Positions 1 through 8,975 are shown, numbered from the stretch's first letter. The stretch is DNA of 64,000 nt from an uncultured virus (IMG/VR IMGVR_UViG_3300042466_001016) (IMGVR_UViG_3300042466_001016); one strand, 5' to 3'. Translations and numbers: made by a program. The notes: generated from the letters alone by a model not told the origin.

Positions 1-71
1 TATTATTATTGTTTCCATATTTTTTTTTTTATTTTTATGTTATGGTAACATCTTAGCTTTATTAATATAAT

Positions 72-98
72 AAAAAAAAGTGCTTAGTAAAGCACTTT
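72..98 (-). terminator. Intrinsic terminator after clpP
   Basis: Inverted repeat AAAGTGCTT/AAGCACTTT with A-run on the left (U-tract on - strand), just past the clpP stop. Confidence 0.7.
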
Positions 99-105
99 GT
101 AAAAT

Positions 106-810
106 TTATTTCTTATCTTTTGCTTTTTTGTTGGTTATGATGTTGTCAATAATACCGTAAGCCTTGGCTTCTTCAGATGACAACCATTTATCACGGCTAG
201 CATCCTTCATAACTTGTTTAGGGTCTTTGTCAGTATACTGACCTAACAACCCAAACAACAACTCATTGTATTTTTCAGCTTCTTGAAGTGATATTCTCAT
301 ATCTTGAATGTTGCCTTCAGCACCACTTGATACTTGGTGAAGCATTACTCTACTGAAACGTAAACTATAACGTTTACCTTTGGTACCAGCACCCAATAAG
401 ATACTACCCATACTAGCCGCCATACCTGTGTTGATGGTTATAATATCCGATGATACGTAGTCCATTACGTCAACAATACTAAGTCCAGATTTAACCGAAC
501 CCCCAGGTGAGTCAACATGCAACGTGATGTCTTTTGTTTCAAGGTTATCCAAAAACATAAGCTGTGCTTGAACCACCGTGCTCATTCTGTCGTTTACTGG
601 ACCAGCCAACCAAATGATACGGTCCATCATCATACGTGAGAAAATGTCCATTTGAGTAACACGCATTTCTCTTTCTTCAAGAATGTATGGTGTCAATGAA
701 GCATTGGCTCCGTAAAGTCTTTCTTGTATTTGTTCCCATTGGTAAAATTCCATTGGTGTAATGCCCATGTGTTTGATGGCATATTCTCTAAATTCGTTGT
801 GTAAATTCAT
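106..810 (-). CDS. clpP: ATP-dependent Clp protease proteolytic subunit
   Basis: DIFSRMMMDRII, SPGG, catalytic Ser in GMAASMG, His in MLHQ, RD Asp; N-terminus EFREYAIKHMGI..TPYILEER resembles Bacteroidota ClpP. Confidence 0.95.
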   Translation of the reverse strand: MNLHNEFREYAIKHMGITPMEFYQWEQIQERLYGANASLTPYILEEREMRVTQMDIFSRMMMDRIIWLAGPVNDRMSTVVQAQLMFLDNLETKDITLHVDSPGGSVKSGLSIVDVMDYVSSDIITINTGMAASMGSILLGAGTKGKRYSLRFSRVMLHQVSSGAEGNIQDMRISLQEAEKYNELLFGLLGQYTDKDPKQVMKDASRDKWLSSEEAKAYGIIDNIITNKKAKDKK

Positions 811-811
811 A

Positions 812-1105
812 TTAAAATTCAGTTGTTATAAAAACAGGTGTAAATTCTCCCATCCAAGCACCCTTTATATTATATTCGAAATGTTCGTAAGCCATTTGAT
901 ATTTTAAGGTTTCAATTGGCTCACCCTCTTCCAATATTTCTTGAGATATTTCTATATCTCTCATAAGAATTTCGATGATTTTTTCTGTACTATAAGCAAC
1001 GACAGGGCCGAGATTGATTCTCTCAGCCATGCCTATAATTGCTTCATCAAATCCATCACACATCAATGCATCTGGATTTATTTCTGCTACTTCTTCTCTT
1101 GTCAT
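812..1105 (-). CDS. Conserved phage hypothetical protein
   Basis: Clean ORF abutting neighbours; DGFDEAIIG...VAYS...AYEHFEYNIKGAWMG motif typical of a small phage protein family. Confidence 0.7.
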   Translation of the reverse strand: MTREEVAEINPDALMCDGFDEAIIGMAERINLGPVVAYSTEKIIEILMRDIEISQEILEEGEPIETLKYQMAYEHFEYNIKGAWMGEFTPVFITTEF

Positions 1106-1563
1106 TAGTAAGCTTTTTGTTTTTTAGCCTTTTCAGTAATAGCCTTGGTTTCTTCTTCAGCATCTTTCTCAGCTTGATAAAGAGTCTTGATTGATTCTCT
1201 TACCACATCAATCACGGCAAATGTGTGTTTGCGTAAGATACCAGTATGAGCCATAAAGTCTGGTTTAGTAATAACCAACTTGTCATTTTCAGTATCAAAA
1301 CTGATATAAGCGATAGCTTCTTCAATCACGATACGTTTTTGCTCAGCTGGTAATTGTTCGAAAATCTTTTCATTCAAAACAATGATTACATCGTCACCAG
1401 TTCTGTATTTAAGAAGTTCATTGGCTTTGTTAATCTTACAGATTTCTTTTTCTTTGTTATTGGTTAAAACTGTGATGTTCACAAATTGAGATAACCCAGC
1501 AGCTTCAATCACTTCATTGAACATTGATTGAGTGTCCTCAAATGGTTCTTCGTATTTTGCCAT
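1105..1563 (-). CDS. Putative phage metallopeptidase-like protein, apparently lacking HExxH
   Basis: DVIIVLNEKIFEQLPAEQKRIVIEEAIAYI...KPDF follows the phage metallopeptidase pattern, but the HELxH position reads EAIAY. Confidence 0.5.
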   Translation of the reverse strand: MAKYEEPFEDTQSMFNEVIEAAGLSQFVNITVLTNNKEKEICKINKANELLKYRTGDDVIIVLNEKIFEQLPAEQKRIVIEEAIAYISFDTENDKLVITKPDFMAHTGILRKHTFAVIDVVRESIKTLYQAEKDAEEETKAITEKAKKQKAY

Positions 1564-1596
1564 AAAATTTGGTTTTTATTTTTGTTATTATTTATG

Positions 1597-1627
1597 CAAA
1601 TATACTACTTACTTTTCTATCTTGCAA
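1597..1627 (-). promoter_or_regulatory. Bacteroidota sigma-A-type promoter
   Basis: - strand TTG-N20-TATATTTG. Confidence 0.7.
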
Positions 1628-1641
1628 GTTTAAACTTAAAA

Positions 1642-2655
1642 TTATTTTAAATCTTTTATCCTCACCAATAATTCCTTCTCAGAATCACTTATAGATTTAG
1701 GCATGTCAATTGTCAAATTAACCATCAAATCACCTCTGTTTTCAGCCTCATATGGTTTTAAACCTTTGTTTTGAACTTTTAAACTTGTACCCACATCACT
1801 AAAAGGTGGTATATTTACTCTAATTCTACCACCATCAATTGTATCAATCTCAACCTTATCACCCAAAACCAATTGAGGATAGGTTAATTTAAGATTCATT
1901 TTTAAATCATCATTAACACGAGTAAAAACTTTATGTTGCAATTCCATTACAGTTATATGGAGGTCACCAGTTTGACCACTTCTTATCGCATGCCCCTTGC
2001 CTTGCATGACAAATGTTACACCATTAAATACACCATGTGGTACATCAATTTCTATAGTTTCTTCTACTTCAGTAACACCGCTACCAGAACACACACCGCA
2101 CTTAACATCATATGACGTACCAATTCCATCACACACATTACATTCAAATGATTGTTGTATATATCCTATTGGAGTATTAAGAATTTTAGTTATAATACCA
2201 GAACCACCACATGTTTTGCAATCTTGTGTGCCAGTACCACCATGACCATTACACCCACCACAACTCTGGGTTCTTTTATACTTATAACGTTTTTTAATAC
2301 CATTATATATTTCTTCAAGAGTCAATTTTAACACAAGGGTCATGTTTTCACCAACCCTAACTTGTTTGTTACGATTTTTAAAGAAATCATAAATGTTATC
2401 AGTTGGTGGGTTAAAACCACCATTTGATGCATGACCAAAACGGTCATATTTGGCTTTTTTATCGTTATTGGACAAATGTTCATAAGCTTCAGATATCTCT
2501 TTAAACTTTTCCTCGGCTTCTTTGTTATCTTGATTTTTGTCTGGGTGCCAATTTTTTGCTAACGTGCGATAGGCCTTTTTGATTTCATCAGATGACGCAT
2601 CTTTTTTAACACCTAATATTTCATAATAGTCTTTTTTCGACATGGTATCATTCAC
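1642..2655 (-). CDS. dnaJ: DnaJ (Hsp40) co-chaperone; ATG at 2643 is a plausible alternative start
   Basis: DYYEILGV J-domain with HPD, four CxxCxGxG zinc-finger repeats, C-terminal GDL substrate-binding domain. Confidence 0.95.
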   Translation of the reverse strand: MNDTMSKKDYYEILGVKKDASSDEIKKAYRTLAKNWHPDKNQDNKEAEEKFKEISEAYEHLSNNDKKAKYDRFGHASNGGFNPPTDNIYDFFKNRNKQVRVGENMTLVLKLTLEEIYNGIKKRYKYKRTQSCGGCNGHGGTGTQDCKTCGGSGIITKILNTPIGYIQQSFECNVCDGIGTSYDVKCGVCSGSGVTEVEETIEIDVPHGVFNGVTFVMQGKGHAIRSGQTGDLHITVMELQHKVFTRVNDDLKMNLKLTYPQLVLGDKVEIDTIDGGRIRVNIPPFSDVGTSLKVQNKGLKPYEAENRGDLMVNLTIDMPKSISDSEKELLVRIKDLK

Positions 2656-2662
2656 TTTTACA

Positions 2663-2693
2663 CAAAAGTACGTAAATTTATTGAGATTACCAA
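2663..2693 (-). promoter_or_regulatory. Bacteroidota sigma-A-type promoter for dnaJ
   Basis: - strand TTG-N20-TACTTTTG. Confidence 0.65.
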
Positions 2694-2700
2694 ATTATTT

Positions 2701-3357
2701 ATGGAATTTAGAGTGATTTTATTGAGTAATGGTGAGTATAAAAAAACTTTGCATAGATGTAAGACAAGAGAAACCGCTTTTATTAATTTTCATAAGATAA
2801 AAGAAAACAACAACGTCTTATACCCCAAAAAATTTATCAACACCAAAGGGATAAAACCCGTAAAGTATGAGATATGTGTCACCAAACCTACAGAGGATAA
2901 CGACACTTTCAGAATACTAAGGGATGACTATGGAAAATTATATACAGAAAATACTCTAGGTGATTGGACGATACTGCATTCTGATGACTATCTAATAGAA
3001 GAGACGTTTTGGATATATGGGTTGAACTCAAAAGCAAAACGACCTACTATTACAGAGGTCGTTAAACGTTTGATGGTTGGGGCTCATAGCAATAAGATGG
3101 TAAAACAAATAATTATTGTTTATAATAAAGTTTTAATTTACAATGAGAACCAATTTGATATGGTTATATGTAAAAATCTAGAAGATGCCCAAAGACTTCA
3201 CCATACGCTTGCTAAGATAGCTAAAAAACAAAAAATAAAGAGTCTTATGTTTATGGGTACAGCTTCCAAAGCAACCAGAGGTCTTTTGTATGATTTGATT
3301 CATGAACACACTGGCTGGCCTTATAAAAAAATTAGAAGACAAAATACTAGGCCTTAG
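2701..3357 (+). CDS. Hypothetical basic protein (one of only three + strand genes)
   Basis: 218-aa ORF filling the gap, no competing - strand ORF; stop overlaps the convergent gene. Confidence 0.75.
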   Translation: MEFRVILLSNGEYKKTLHRCKTRETAFINFHKIKENNNVLYPKKFINTKGIKPVKYEICVTKPTEDNDTFRILRDDYGKLYTENTLGDWTILHSDDYLIEETFWIYGLNSKAKRPTITEVVKRLMVGAHSNKMVKQIIIVYNKVLIYNENQFDMVICKNLEDAQRLHHTLAKIAKKQKIKSLMFMGTASKATRGLLYDLIHEHTGWPYKKIRRQNTRP

Positions 3358-4034
3358 AATTCAAGTATTACTTTGCCTAGTTTTATAACCAAATTAATTT
3401 TAACCATATCATCATTTTGATATGATAGTTCACCAAAATCTATAGATTTAAACTTACAATCAGACAAATCCCATCTTTCAACAACTACACCAGTCGGGTC
3501 AAGCATTTCTAATTTTAAATCAAATTTATCTTTGATAATTTGTTTTTTTTCATACAAACTTTTATGAATCAAACCCATAAAAGATTGTGATGTTGATGGA
3601 CCAATTGGGTCCCTCATTGATATCAACATATCAGCCCAAATTATTTTTTTAAAAAGTTCAAACCCTAATATTTTTTTGGATTTTATTGTCATATTAGGTC
3701 TTGATGTTTCAACAACAACCCATTGCGGTATGTTAAAATGTTCTGGAAAAGTTATTAAAAATCTATTCATTCTTTTTGGTTCATATCTTGCAATTTCTGG
3801 AATGGTTCTTTTAATTTGCCAATTATTTTCAAAATCTTCTGAAGTCATATTTGTAAGTGCCCATTCAGTAAAAAGTACTTTACAAATTTCTTCATCTATT
3901 GAATAAACAGCAATCAAGTGTTCAACTATGACTGAACCAAAAACATTTTTTTCTAAAATTATATCAAAAAATTTTCCCAGTTCTATTCTGTAATACCTGT
4001 TTAAAAAATTAAATATATTTTCTCTATTATTCAT
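3354..4034 (-). CDS. T4 gp19-like tail tube domain with ~80-aa N-terminal extension
   Basis: EPKRMNRFLITFP..IPQWVV..SRP..W..ISMRDPIGPSTSQ..LEMLDPTGVVVERW..IDFGELSY matches large-phage tail tube proteins. Confidence 0.75.
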   Translation of the reverse strand: MNNRENIFNFLNRYYRIELGKFFDIILEKNVFGSVIVEHLIAVYSIDEEICKVLFTEWALTNMTSEDFENNWQIKRTIPEIARYEPKRMNRFLITFPEHFNIPQWVVVETSRPNMTIKSKKILGFELFKKIIWADMLISMRDPIGPSTSQSFMGLIHKSLYEKKQIIKDKFDLKLEMLDPTGVVVERWDLSDCKFKSIDFGELSYQNDDMVKINLVIKLGKVILEF

Positions 4035-4222
4035 TACTTAAAAAGACTTTCAAGTCTTCCAACCAGCACAGCTATTCTATCGTTATTTTCTTTTATTTTT
4101 TTTTCCACTTCTATCGGAACGTTTGTGATATATTCTGATTTTAATTTAGAATTTTCTCTTTGCAATCTATCGCTTTCACGAATACAATTATCATATAAAA
4201 TAGCTTTTTCTTCTTGTGTCAT
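4034..4222 (-). CDS. Small coiled-coil hypothetical protein
   Basis: 62-aa ORF, stop/start coupled with next gene. Confidence 0.65.
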   Translation of the reverse strand: MTQEEKAILYDNCIRESDRLQRENSKLKSEYITNVPIEVEKKIKENNDRIAVLVGRLESLFK

Positions 4223-4228
4223 ATTTTT

Positions 4229-4549
4229 TTATTTTAACCCTATTAAGGATTTTATGAGTTTAAACAATCGTTTAAAAAAATTATCAGATTGTTTTTTATT
4301 TTTTTTTGTTAATGATGTTACAGGTATCACATATTTACGTTTTATTTGATTATCATCAATTCTAAAATAAAGCATAGCTTGGTCCATCATTCTATCTAAA
4401 TCATCGTCATCATCATGATTATAAGGTGATGGTATAAAAAAATCAGACTGAATGGTTGTTGCAGTGTGAGCTGTAAGGTTAATTTCACCAGTTTTGGAAT
4501 TAATTTTCGGTTTTTTACGTGCCGCTGCCATTGTTAATCGCATTTGCAT
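4229..4549 (-). CDS. Hypothetical protein with a portal(gp20)-like segment
   Basis: LDRMMDQAMLYFRI...KRKYVIPV resembles T4-type portal LxMMEDAxVIYRI.RAPERRVFYIDV; similarity judged by eye only. Confidence 0.4.
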   Translation of the reverse strand: MQMRLTMAAARKKPKINSKTGEINLTAHTATTIQSDFFIPSPYNHDDDDDLDRMMDQAMLYFRIDDNQIKRKYVIPVTSLTKKNKKQSDNFFKRLFKLIKSLIGLK

Positions 4550-4881
4550 TTACCATCTTGATTTTTACCACAATCACATGGTTTTTCATCAAGAATTATT
4601 TCTTCATCTGGTACATTGATATCAATACCAATTGAGAAACTAGCTTTTATATCTTCAACCATTTTATTTATTTCTTCCATATCAACATCTTTAACCATAA
4701 CTGGATTGATACATTCAACTCTTTCCTCACCTTTGGTTGGAATAAAGAAAGCAAGTGCATTGGCCTTTCTTTTTGCCAAGGCATCATTAACCGAATCAGC
4801 AAAAGGTTTTATAATTTTTGGGTTTGACATCAATTCTGAATCAAGATAAAATACGATGATAAGTGGGTATTGTTTTTCCAT
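4534..4881 (-). CDS. Hypothetical protein with C-terminal Cys cluster
   Basis: 115-aa ORF ending CDCGKNQDGKCKCD. Confidence 0.7.
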   Translation of the reverse strand: MEKQYPLIIVFYLDSELMSNPKIIKPFADSVNDALAKRKANALAFFIPTKGEERVECINPVMVKDVDMEEINKMVEDIKASFSIGIDINVPDEEIILDEKPCDCGKNQDGKCKCD

Positions 4882-4885
4882 TTTT

Positions 4886-5137
4886 TTAGTGGGTTAATTC
4901 TTCAAGACTTAATTCTTCAATTATGTCTTCTTTATTTATTGTGTTATTATTATCCATGAAATACTTAGCGATTAACTCATTCACTCTTAAATTTTTAGCC
5001 TCATTACCAATTTCAGTATAGGCATATAATTTTTGTCCGTTAACTAACGCTACATAAATTAAATACTCAGAAATACTTTTATTCTTAAAAGTTTTGCTGG
5101 TATAACGGTCTATTTCTTTTATTAAAATTTTCATCAT
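4886..5137 (-). CDS. Hypothetical protein (start revised from 5194 to 5137/5134)
   Basis: ATG ATG directly follows a TAAATTTG element at 5141-5148; the longer ORF extension runs into a terminator. Confidence 0.65.
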   Translation of the reverse strand: MMKILIKEIDRYTSKTFKNKSISEYLIYVALVNGQKLYAYTEIGNEAKNLRVNELIAKYFMDNNNTINKEDIIEELSLEELTH

Positions 5138-5181
5138 AACCAAATTTACCCAAAATTTTTGAAAGTGTAAAGGGTAAAAAT

Positions 5182-5208
5182 AAAAAAACCCCATAAATGG
5201 AGCTTTTT
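5182..5208 (-). terminator. Intrinsic terminator downstream of the putative RNA
   Basis: - strand AAAAAGCTCCA-TTTA-TGGGGTTTTTTT hairpin plus U-tract. Confidence 0.7.
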
Positions 5209-5209
5209 A

Positions 5210-5359
5210 TTTTGTGTTTATCCAAGATGTTGGGGTATTTACTTCTAACCCTGTAATGAAGTTTTGCCGATTTAGATTAATAGGAATCAGCTCCATAGTT
5301 AATTTGATTTGTATTTGTTTTTAGATTGCAGAATACATCTTTTAACGATAAACACAAAA
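5210..5359 (-). ncRNA. Putative structured ncRNA (Y RNA-like end-paired architecture) downstream of the TROVE-like gene
   Basis: 13-bp perfect terminal inverted repeat (5210-5222/5347-5359), 1x5 internal loop, then a 7-bp helix (5224-5230/5335-5341); internal hairpins GCTGATT/AATCGGC and ACTTC/GAAGT; no ORF in the track; followed by terminator. Confidence 0.5.
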
Positions 5360-5395
5360 AAGATAAAGACGCTAAGCATCTTCACCCTTTTAAAT

Positions 5396-6856
5396 TTAGA
5401 CTGTTACTACTGAGTAACGTGGTGACCCAATAACTTCCATCATCATAGAGAATGGAGTCATTTCCTTACCAGCCAAAAGACTAGTAAGCAACGATGGGCT
5501 AAACCCACTAACGAGGCAAGTACCATTCTTGTCAAATTGTACTGGTTTGTTACTGTCACTTCTTGATTGGATGTTCCAGTATACAATCTTAGGTACTACG
5601 TACCCAGCTTCTGTATACATATTCTCAATCATTTCTTGAGCAGTGTCATCCCAAGATGGTCTTCTAGAACCCCAACCACTACCACGAACAGCTTCATTGA
5701 ATTCCATGTCTGAAAGTATCAACATCATTGTTGGCATTTCTGAAGGTTCAACATTCGCACCTACCGCTTTTTCAAGCAATACTTGGAAAGCACCTTGCAA
5801 GTTGGTTGAACCACCCCATTTAGCACTAGCCATTTGATTGTAACGTTCGTTAAGGTTACCCTTGACAACTTCCAAACTTGGTGAGTCATGGAATGTTATA
5901 AACGCATCTTTGAATGGTCCAACGTTTCTTTCTGAAATATACAATCCCAAAGAGATTGCAACATCCATACAAGTTACGTTAGCGTTACTGCCAGCTGGAC
6001 AGTCCATTGAACTTGATACGTCAACCAAAGGAAGAACTCTTTCTTCGTTGCCATCCATATAGTTTGGCAAGGCATCCCATTGTGCGTTGGCACCACGAGT
6101 ATTTCCTTGTTTTAAGTTTTTAATGATATCGTATGGGTATACAGCACCAGCATTAATCTTGGTTTCACCTTTTTCAAGGCTAGTCAAGTATGCACCGAAA
6201 CGGTCATTGTCATGTTTGCTGAACGCTTTCATCAAGTCGCTCATAGCCTTGGAAGGCAACTTAGAGTATTCGATGATTGACCACTCATTAGCACACATCA
6301 ATTGCTCAACGGTGTTAGAGTTTTCAACCAACATCTTACGGTATTCCTTTGGAGACATACCTAAAAAGTTTCTGAGTGCGTGAGCTTGTCTTTTAGCTTC
6401 ACGGTTTTTTACATTTGGACGTGGCATCCACTTAGCACAAAGGCCATTCTTATCAGCTAATCCCTTGGCGATAACTTCCAACGCATCGTTCTCCAATGGA
6501 GTTCCGATAAACACCAAAAGGTCATCCCATCTACCGAATTCACTCACAAGGTGAATGTTCTTACGCATAACCTCTGTGCGGTTGTTTGCAAGGTAGGTCA
6601 CGATATCCTTGAATATTTGTCTTTCACCAGCACCACCACGCACGTCACGTGCCCAAAACAATAAACGCATAGCTGTCAATTGGTTTTCACCAAAAGCCTT
6701 TGTAAATGCATTTATAAGACGAGTTTTATCTTGTCCTCTCATAGCCCCTATTTGGAAGAACAAATCTACACAGTTGTTAAGCGATGTTGAGTTGGTCGAC
6801 ATACCGTTTTCGGTACGTGAATTTTTTGTTTGCATTGCAGCCAATAAAGTACTCAT
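5396..6856 (-). CDS. DUF2828 family TROVE/Ro60-like protein with C-terminal vWA domain
   Basis: TENG..STS, ARDVRGGAGER, FGRWDDLL, AKWMPR, YPYDII, MIDAS DVSSSM, STN, LSDMEF, IVYWN, SGFSP motifs. Confidence 0.85.
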   Translation of the reverse strand: MSTLLAAMQTKNSRTENGMSTNSTSLNNCVDLFFQIGAMRGQDKTRLINAFTKAFGENQLTAMRLLFWARDVRGGAGERQIFKDIVTYLANNRTEVMRKNIHLVSEFGRWDDLLVFIGTPLENDALEVIAKGLADKNGLCAKWMPRPNVKNREAKRQAHALRNFLGMSPKEYRKMLVENSNTVEQLMCANEWSIIEYSKLPSKAMSDLMKAFSKHDNDRFGAYLTSLEKGETKINAGAVYPYDIIKNLKQGNTRGANAQWDALPNYMDGNEERVLPLVDVSSSMDCPAGSNANVTCMDVAISLGLYISERNVGPFKDAFITFHDSPSLEVVKGNLNERYNQMASAKWGGSTNLQGAFQVLLEKAVGANVEPSEMPTMMLILSDMEFNEAVRGSGWGSRRPSWDDTAQEMIENMYTEAGYVVPKIVYWNIQSRSDSNKPVQFDKNGTCLVSGFSPSLLTSLLAGKEMTPFSMMMEVIGSPRYSVVTV

Positions 6857-6896
6857 AAAATTTGGTTTAAAGATTGGTTGATTGTGTTAAGTGATG

Positions 6897-6927
6897 CAAA
6901 GATACGAATTTTTATATCACTTGTCAA
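6897..6927 (-). promoter_or_regulatory. Bacteroidota sigma-A-type promoter for TROVE-like gene
   Basis: - strand TTG-N20-TATCTTTG. Confidence 0.75.
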
Positions 6928-7543
6928 GTTTTTTTACAAAATTCTTTACATATTGGTCTCTATGGTATTTATTTTTTCCATATTTTTTTAAAGCAATGAT
7001 ATGGTCTGGTGTTAAATAACCTTTATTATTACACCAATTGTATTCTGGGTGAAGCAAATGTAACTTGCACATGTATTCGTCACGTCTTACCTTGGCTATG
7101 ATAGCAGCGGCGGCAATGCATGTATAAGTGTCATCACCCTTTGGAACTAGTGTAAGATTTGAATTGTCGGCATTGGTACCTGTGTAGTCTTCCCAAACAG
7201 TACCATCAACTAGTAGATATTCTGGTTTAATACTAAGTTCATCAATACACTTGTGCATGGTTTTGAACGTAGCTTTGTTGATGCCAAAGTCATTGATATC
7301 TTTGATAGAACCAGTATGACATGATATTGAAATTGCGTTGACTATTATGAGCTCATACGCTTCTTTTCTTTGTTTTTCGGATAGTTTTTTGGAGTCACGA
7401 ATAAGTGGTGATTTAAAACCCCTAGGCATTATAACCGCTGCTGTAACCACAGGTCCAGCACCACAACCTCTTCCAACTTCATCTAAACCAGCAACATAAT
7501 CATGTTCTGGCCAATCTTCCAATAATTTACGTTCTTTCACCAT
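6917..7543 (-). CDS. rnhB: Ribonuclease HII
   Basis: AGLDEVGRGC.AGPV, RDSKKLSEKQR, LLVDG, KGD..Y.CIAAAAIIAKV.RD, NKGY.T..H. Confidence 0.95.
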   Translation of the reverse strand: MVKERKLLEDWPEHDYVAGLDEVGRGCGAGPVVTAAVIMPRGFKSPLIRDSKKLSEKQRKEAYELIIVNAISISCHTGSIKDINDFGINKATFKTMHKCIDELSIKPEYLLVDGTVWEDYTGTNADNSNLTLVPKGDDTYTCIAAAAIIAKVRRDEYMCKLHLLHPEYNWCNNKGYLTPDHIIALKKYGKNKYHRDQYVKNFVKKLDK

Positions 7544-7547
7544 AAGG

Positions 7548-7578
7548 CAAAATTACTAAATCTTTTTGAATTTTACAA
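7548..7578 (-). promoter_or_regulatory. Sigma-A-type promoter, probably leaderless rnhB mRNA
   Basis: - strand TTG-N20-TAATTTTG, only 4 nt before ATG. Confidence 0.65.
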
Positions 7579-7777
7579 GTATACCACCTAACATAACTTC
7601 AAACTCATCAGTGGGTTCAAATTTGGTAGAGAATGGATTAGCCTTGAGAAATAAAGCTTCGTTTATAGCATTATGTTCTTTTTCTGGTAATTCATAAAAA
7701 AGAACCAACCCATTTTTTTTTATCTTCTCATTTTCCACAATTAGTGAAACAGTTTCTATTAATTGTTCATAATCCAT
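7556..7777 (-). CDS. Hypothetical protein
   Basis: 73-aa ORF in tight operon. Confidence 0.7.
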   Translation of the reverse strand: MDYEQLIETVSLIVENEKIKKNGLVLFYELPEKEHNAINEALFLKANPFSTKFEPTDEFEVMLGGILVKFKKI

Positions 7778-7778
7778 A

Positions 7779-8018
7779 TTAAAACTTTGTAAATATTTTT
7801 TTAAGCCAAATCATAAATTTTTCATATCTGTTTTTTTTTATAATTGTAACACGACCACCCGTTTGTTTTATCTCAGAACCCAACCCAGATTTGATATCTT
7901 TTACTAATTGAACTTTGCTGACAGCTGTGGTAATAGTTTCTTTTATCATCGCTTCTTTTTCAAGCTTTATTTCTAAACCAATCTCCACACCTGATAATTG
8001 TTTTACATCTCTTTCCAT
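7779..8018 (-). CDS. Hypothetical protein
   Basis: 79-aa ORF in tight operon. Confidence 0.65.
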   Translation of the reverse strand: MERDVKQLSGVEIGLEIKLEKEAMIKETITTAVSKVQLVKDIKSGLGSEIKQTGGRVTIIKKNRYEKFMIWLKKIFTKF

Positions 8019-8551
8019 ATATTTTTTATTTTTTCACTCATCCCTTCAAATAAAGGTGTGGGTATTTCATTTTTAGCAAACCACCCCCATTTAAGGTTTT
8101 CATTATTCAATGTAGGTTTAAATTCTTCAGAAGTCAAGCCTACATAATAATGAAAAACCATGTTCTTTTTATCTATATTTTCAACACCAATTTTTTTTAA
8201 ATTGATGATATCTGAAGATATTGATAACTCTTCTTTTATTTCACGTTTTAGCGTTTCAAGTGGATTTTCATCTTTTTCCATTCCACCAGCCACACAAGAC
8301 CACGTAGGTGTTTTGTCATTTCTAAGCAACAACAAAATCTTTTGAGTTTTGATACACATAATTAAAGCACCAGCAGATTCAAGTTTTTCTTTTTCTTCTT
8401 TTATATTATCTGGTGTGTTATCAGTACCACACTTATGACAAAAATACATATCTGGGCCACTTTCAGACCTTTTCCATTTCCAACCACATTTTTTACATGT
8501 TATGGTTTTATCAATGGCTTCTTTTAAAAGTTGTTTAATAAATGATTTCAT
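8003..8551 (-). CDS. Nudix hydrolase with N-terminal zinc ribbon
   Basis: Nudix box GGMEKDENPLETLKREIKEELS; CKKC..CHKC ribbon; MKSFIKQLLKEA leader. Confidence 0.9.
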   Translation of the reverse strand: MKSFIKQLLKEAIDKTITCKKCGWKWKRSESGPDMYFCHKCGTDNTPDNIKEEKEKLESAGALIMCIKTQKILLLLRNDKTPTWSCVAGGMEKDENPLETLKREIKEELSISSDIINLKKIGVENIDKKNMVFHYYVGLTSEEFKPTLNNENLKWGWFAKNEIPTPLFEGMSEKIKNIWKEM

Positions 8552-8599
8552 CTTTATAAATATTTACTATTAATGCAAATATACTTATATTTGTTGATT

Positions 8600-8947
8600 A
8601 TGACAACATTATTATTTATTTTAATTTGCTATGGAGCGTGTAACAATATGATTTACGGCTCTATTTTTGAAGGTTGGAGAAACTTTCTATCTAAATTTGG
8701 AAAGGGCGGTTATAGCCTTTACAAACTATTTAACTGTTTCATGTGTTTAGGTACATGGATGGGTTTTGCAATCACAGTAATCATGCGTTTTTTTGATTAC
8801 ACTAAATTTACCCCTATGGGTTCATTAGGTGTTGAAAACATATATCTGATTATTTTTTTTAATGGTTTGATTGCCAGTGCTGGGGTTTGGTTAATCCACA
8901 CATTACAAGAAGCTTTAGAACGAGCTTTTACCAGTAACCAAGAATAA
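8600..8947 (+). CDS. Small membrane protein, DUF1360-like (CxxC.G.W); start revised from 8573
   Basis: Three hydrophobic segments, LFNCFMCLGTWMG; ATG 8600 follows TATATTTG at 8586-8593. Confidence 0.65.
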   Translation: MTTLLFILICYGACNNMIYGSIFEGWRNFLSKFGKGGYSLYKLFNCFMCLGTWMGFAITVIMRFFDYTKFTPMGSLGVENIYLIIFFNGLIASAGVWLIHTLQEALERAFTSNQE

Positions 8948-8975
8948 AAAAAGCCCCTATTAGGGGCTTTTTTAT
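8945..8975. terminator. Bidirectional intrinsic terminator between convergent genes
   Basis: AAAAAAGCCCCTA-T-TAGGGGCTTTTTT near-perfect palindrome with A and T tails. Confidence 0.85.

Noticed and set aside
4886..5194. 102-aa version of this ORF starting at 5194
   Set aside because: The extension overlaps a terminator and promoter; ATG 5137/5134 is better supported.
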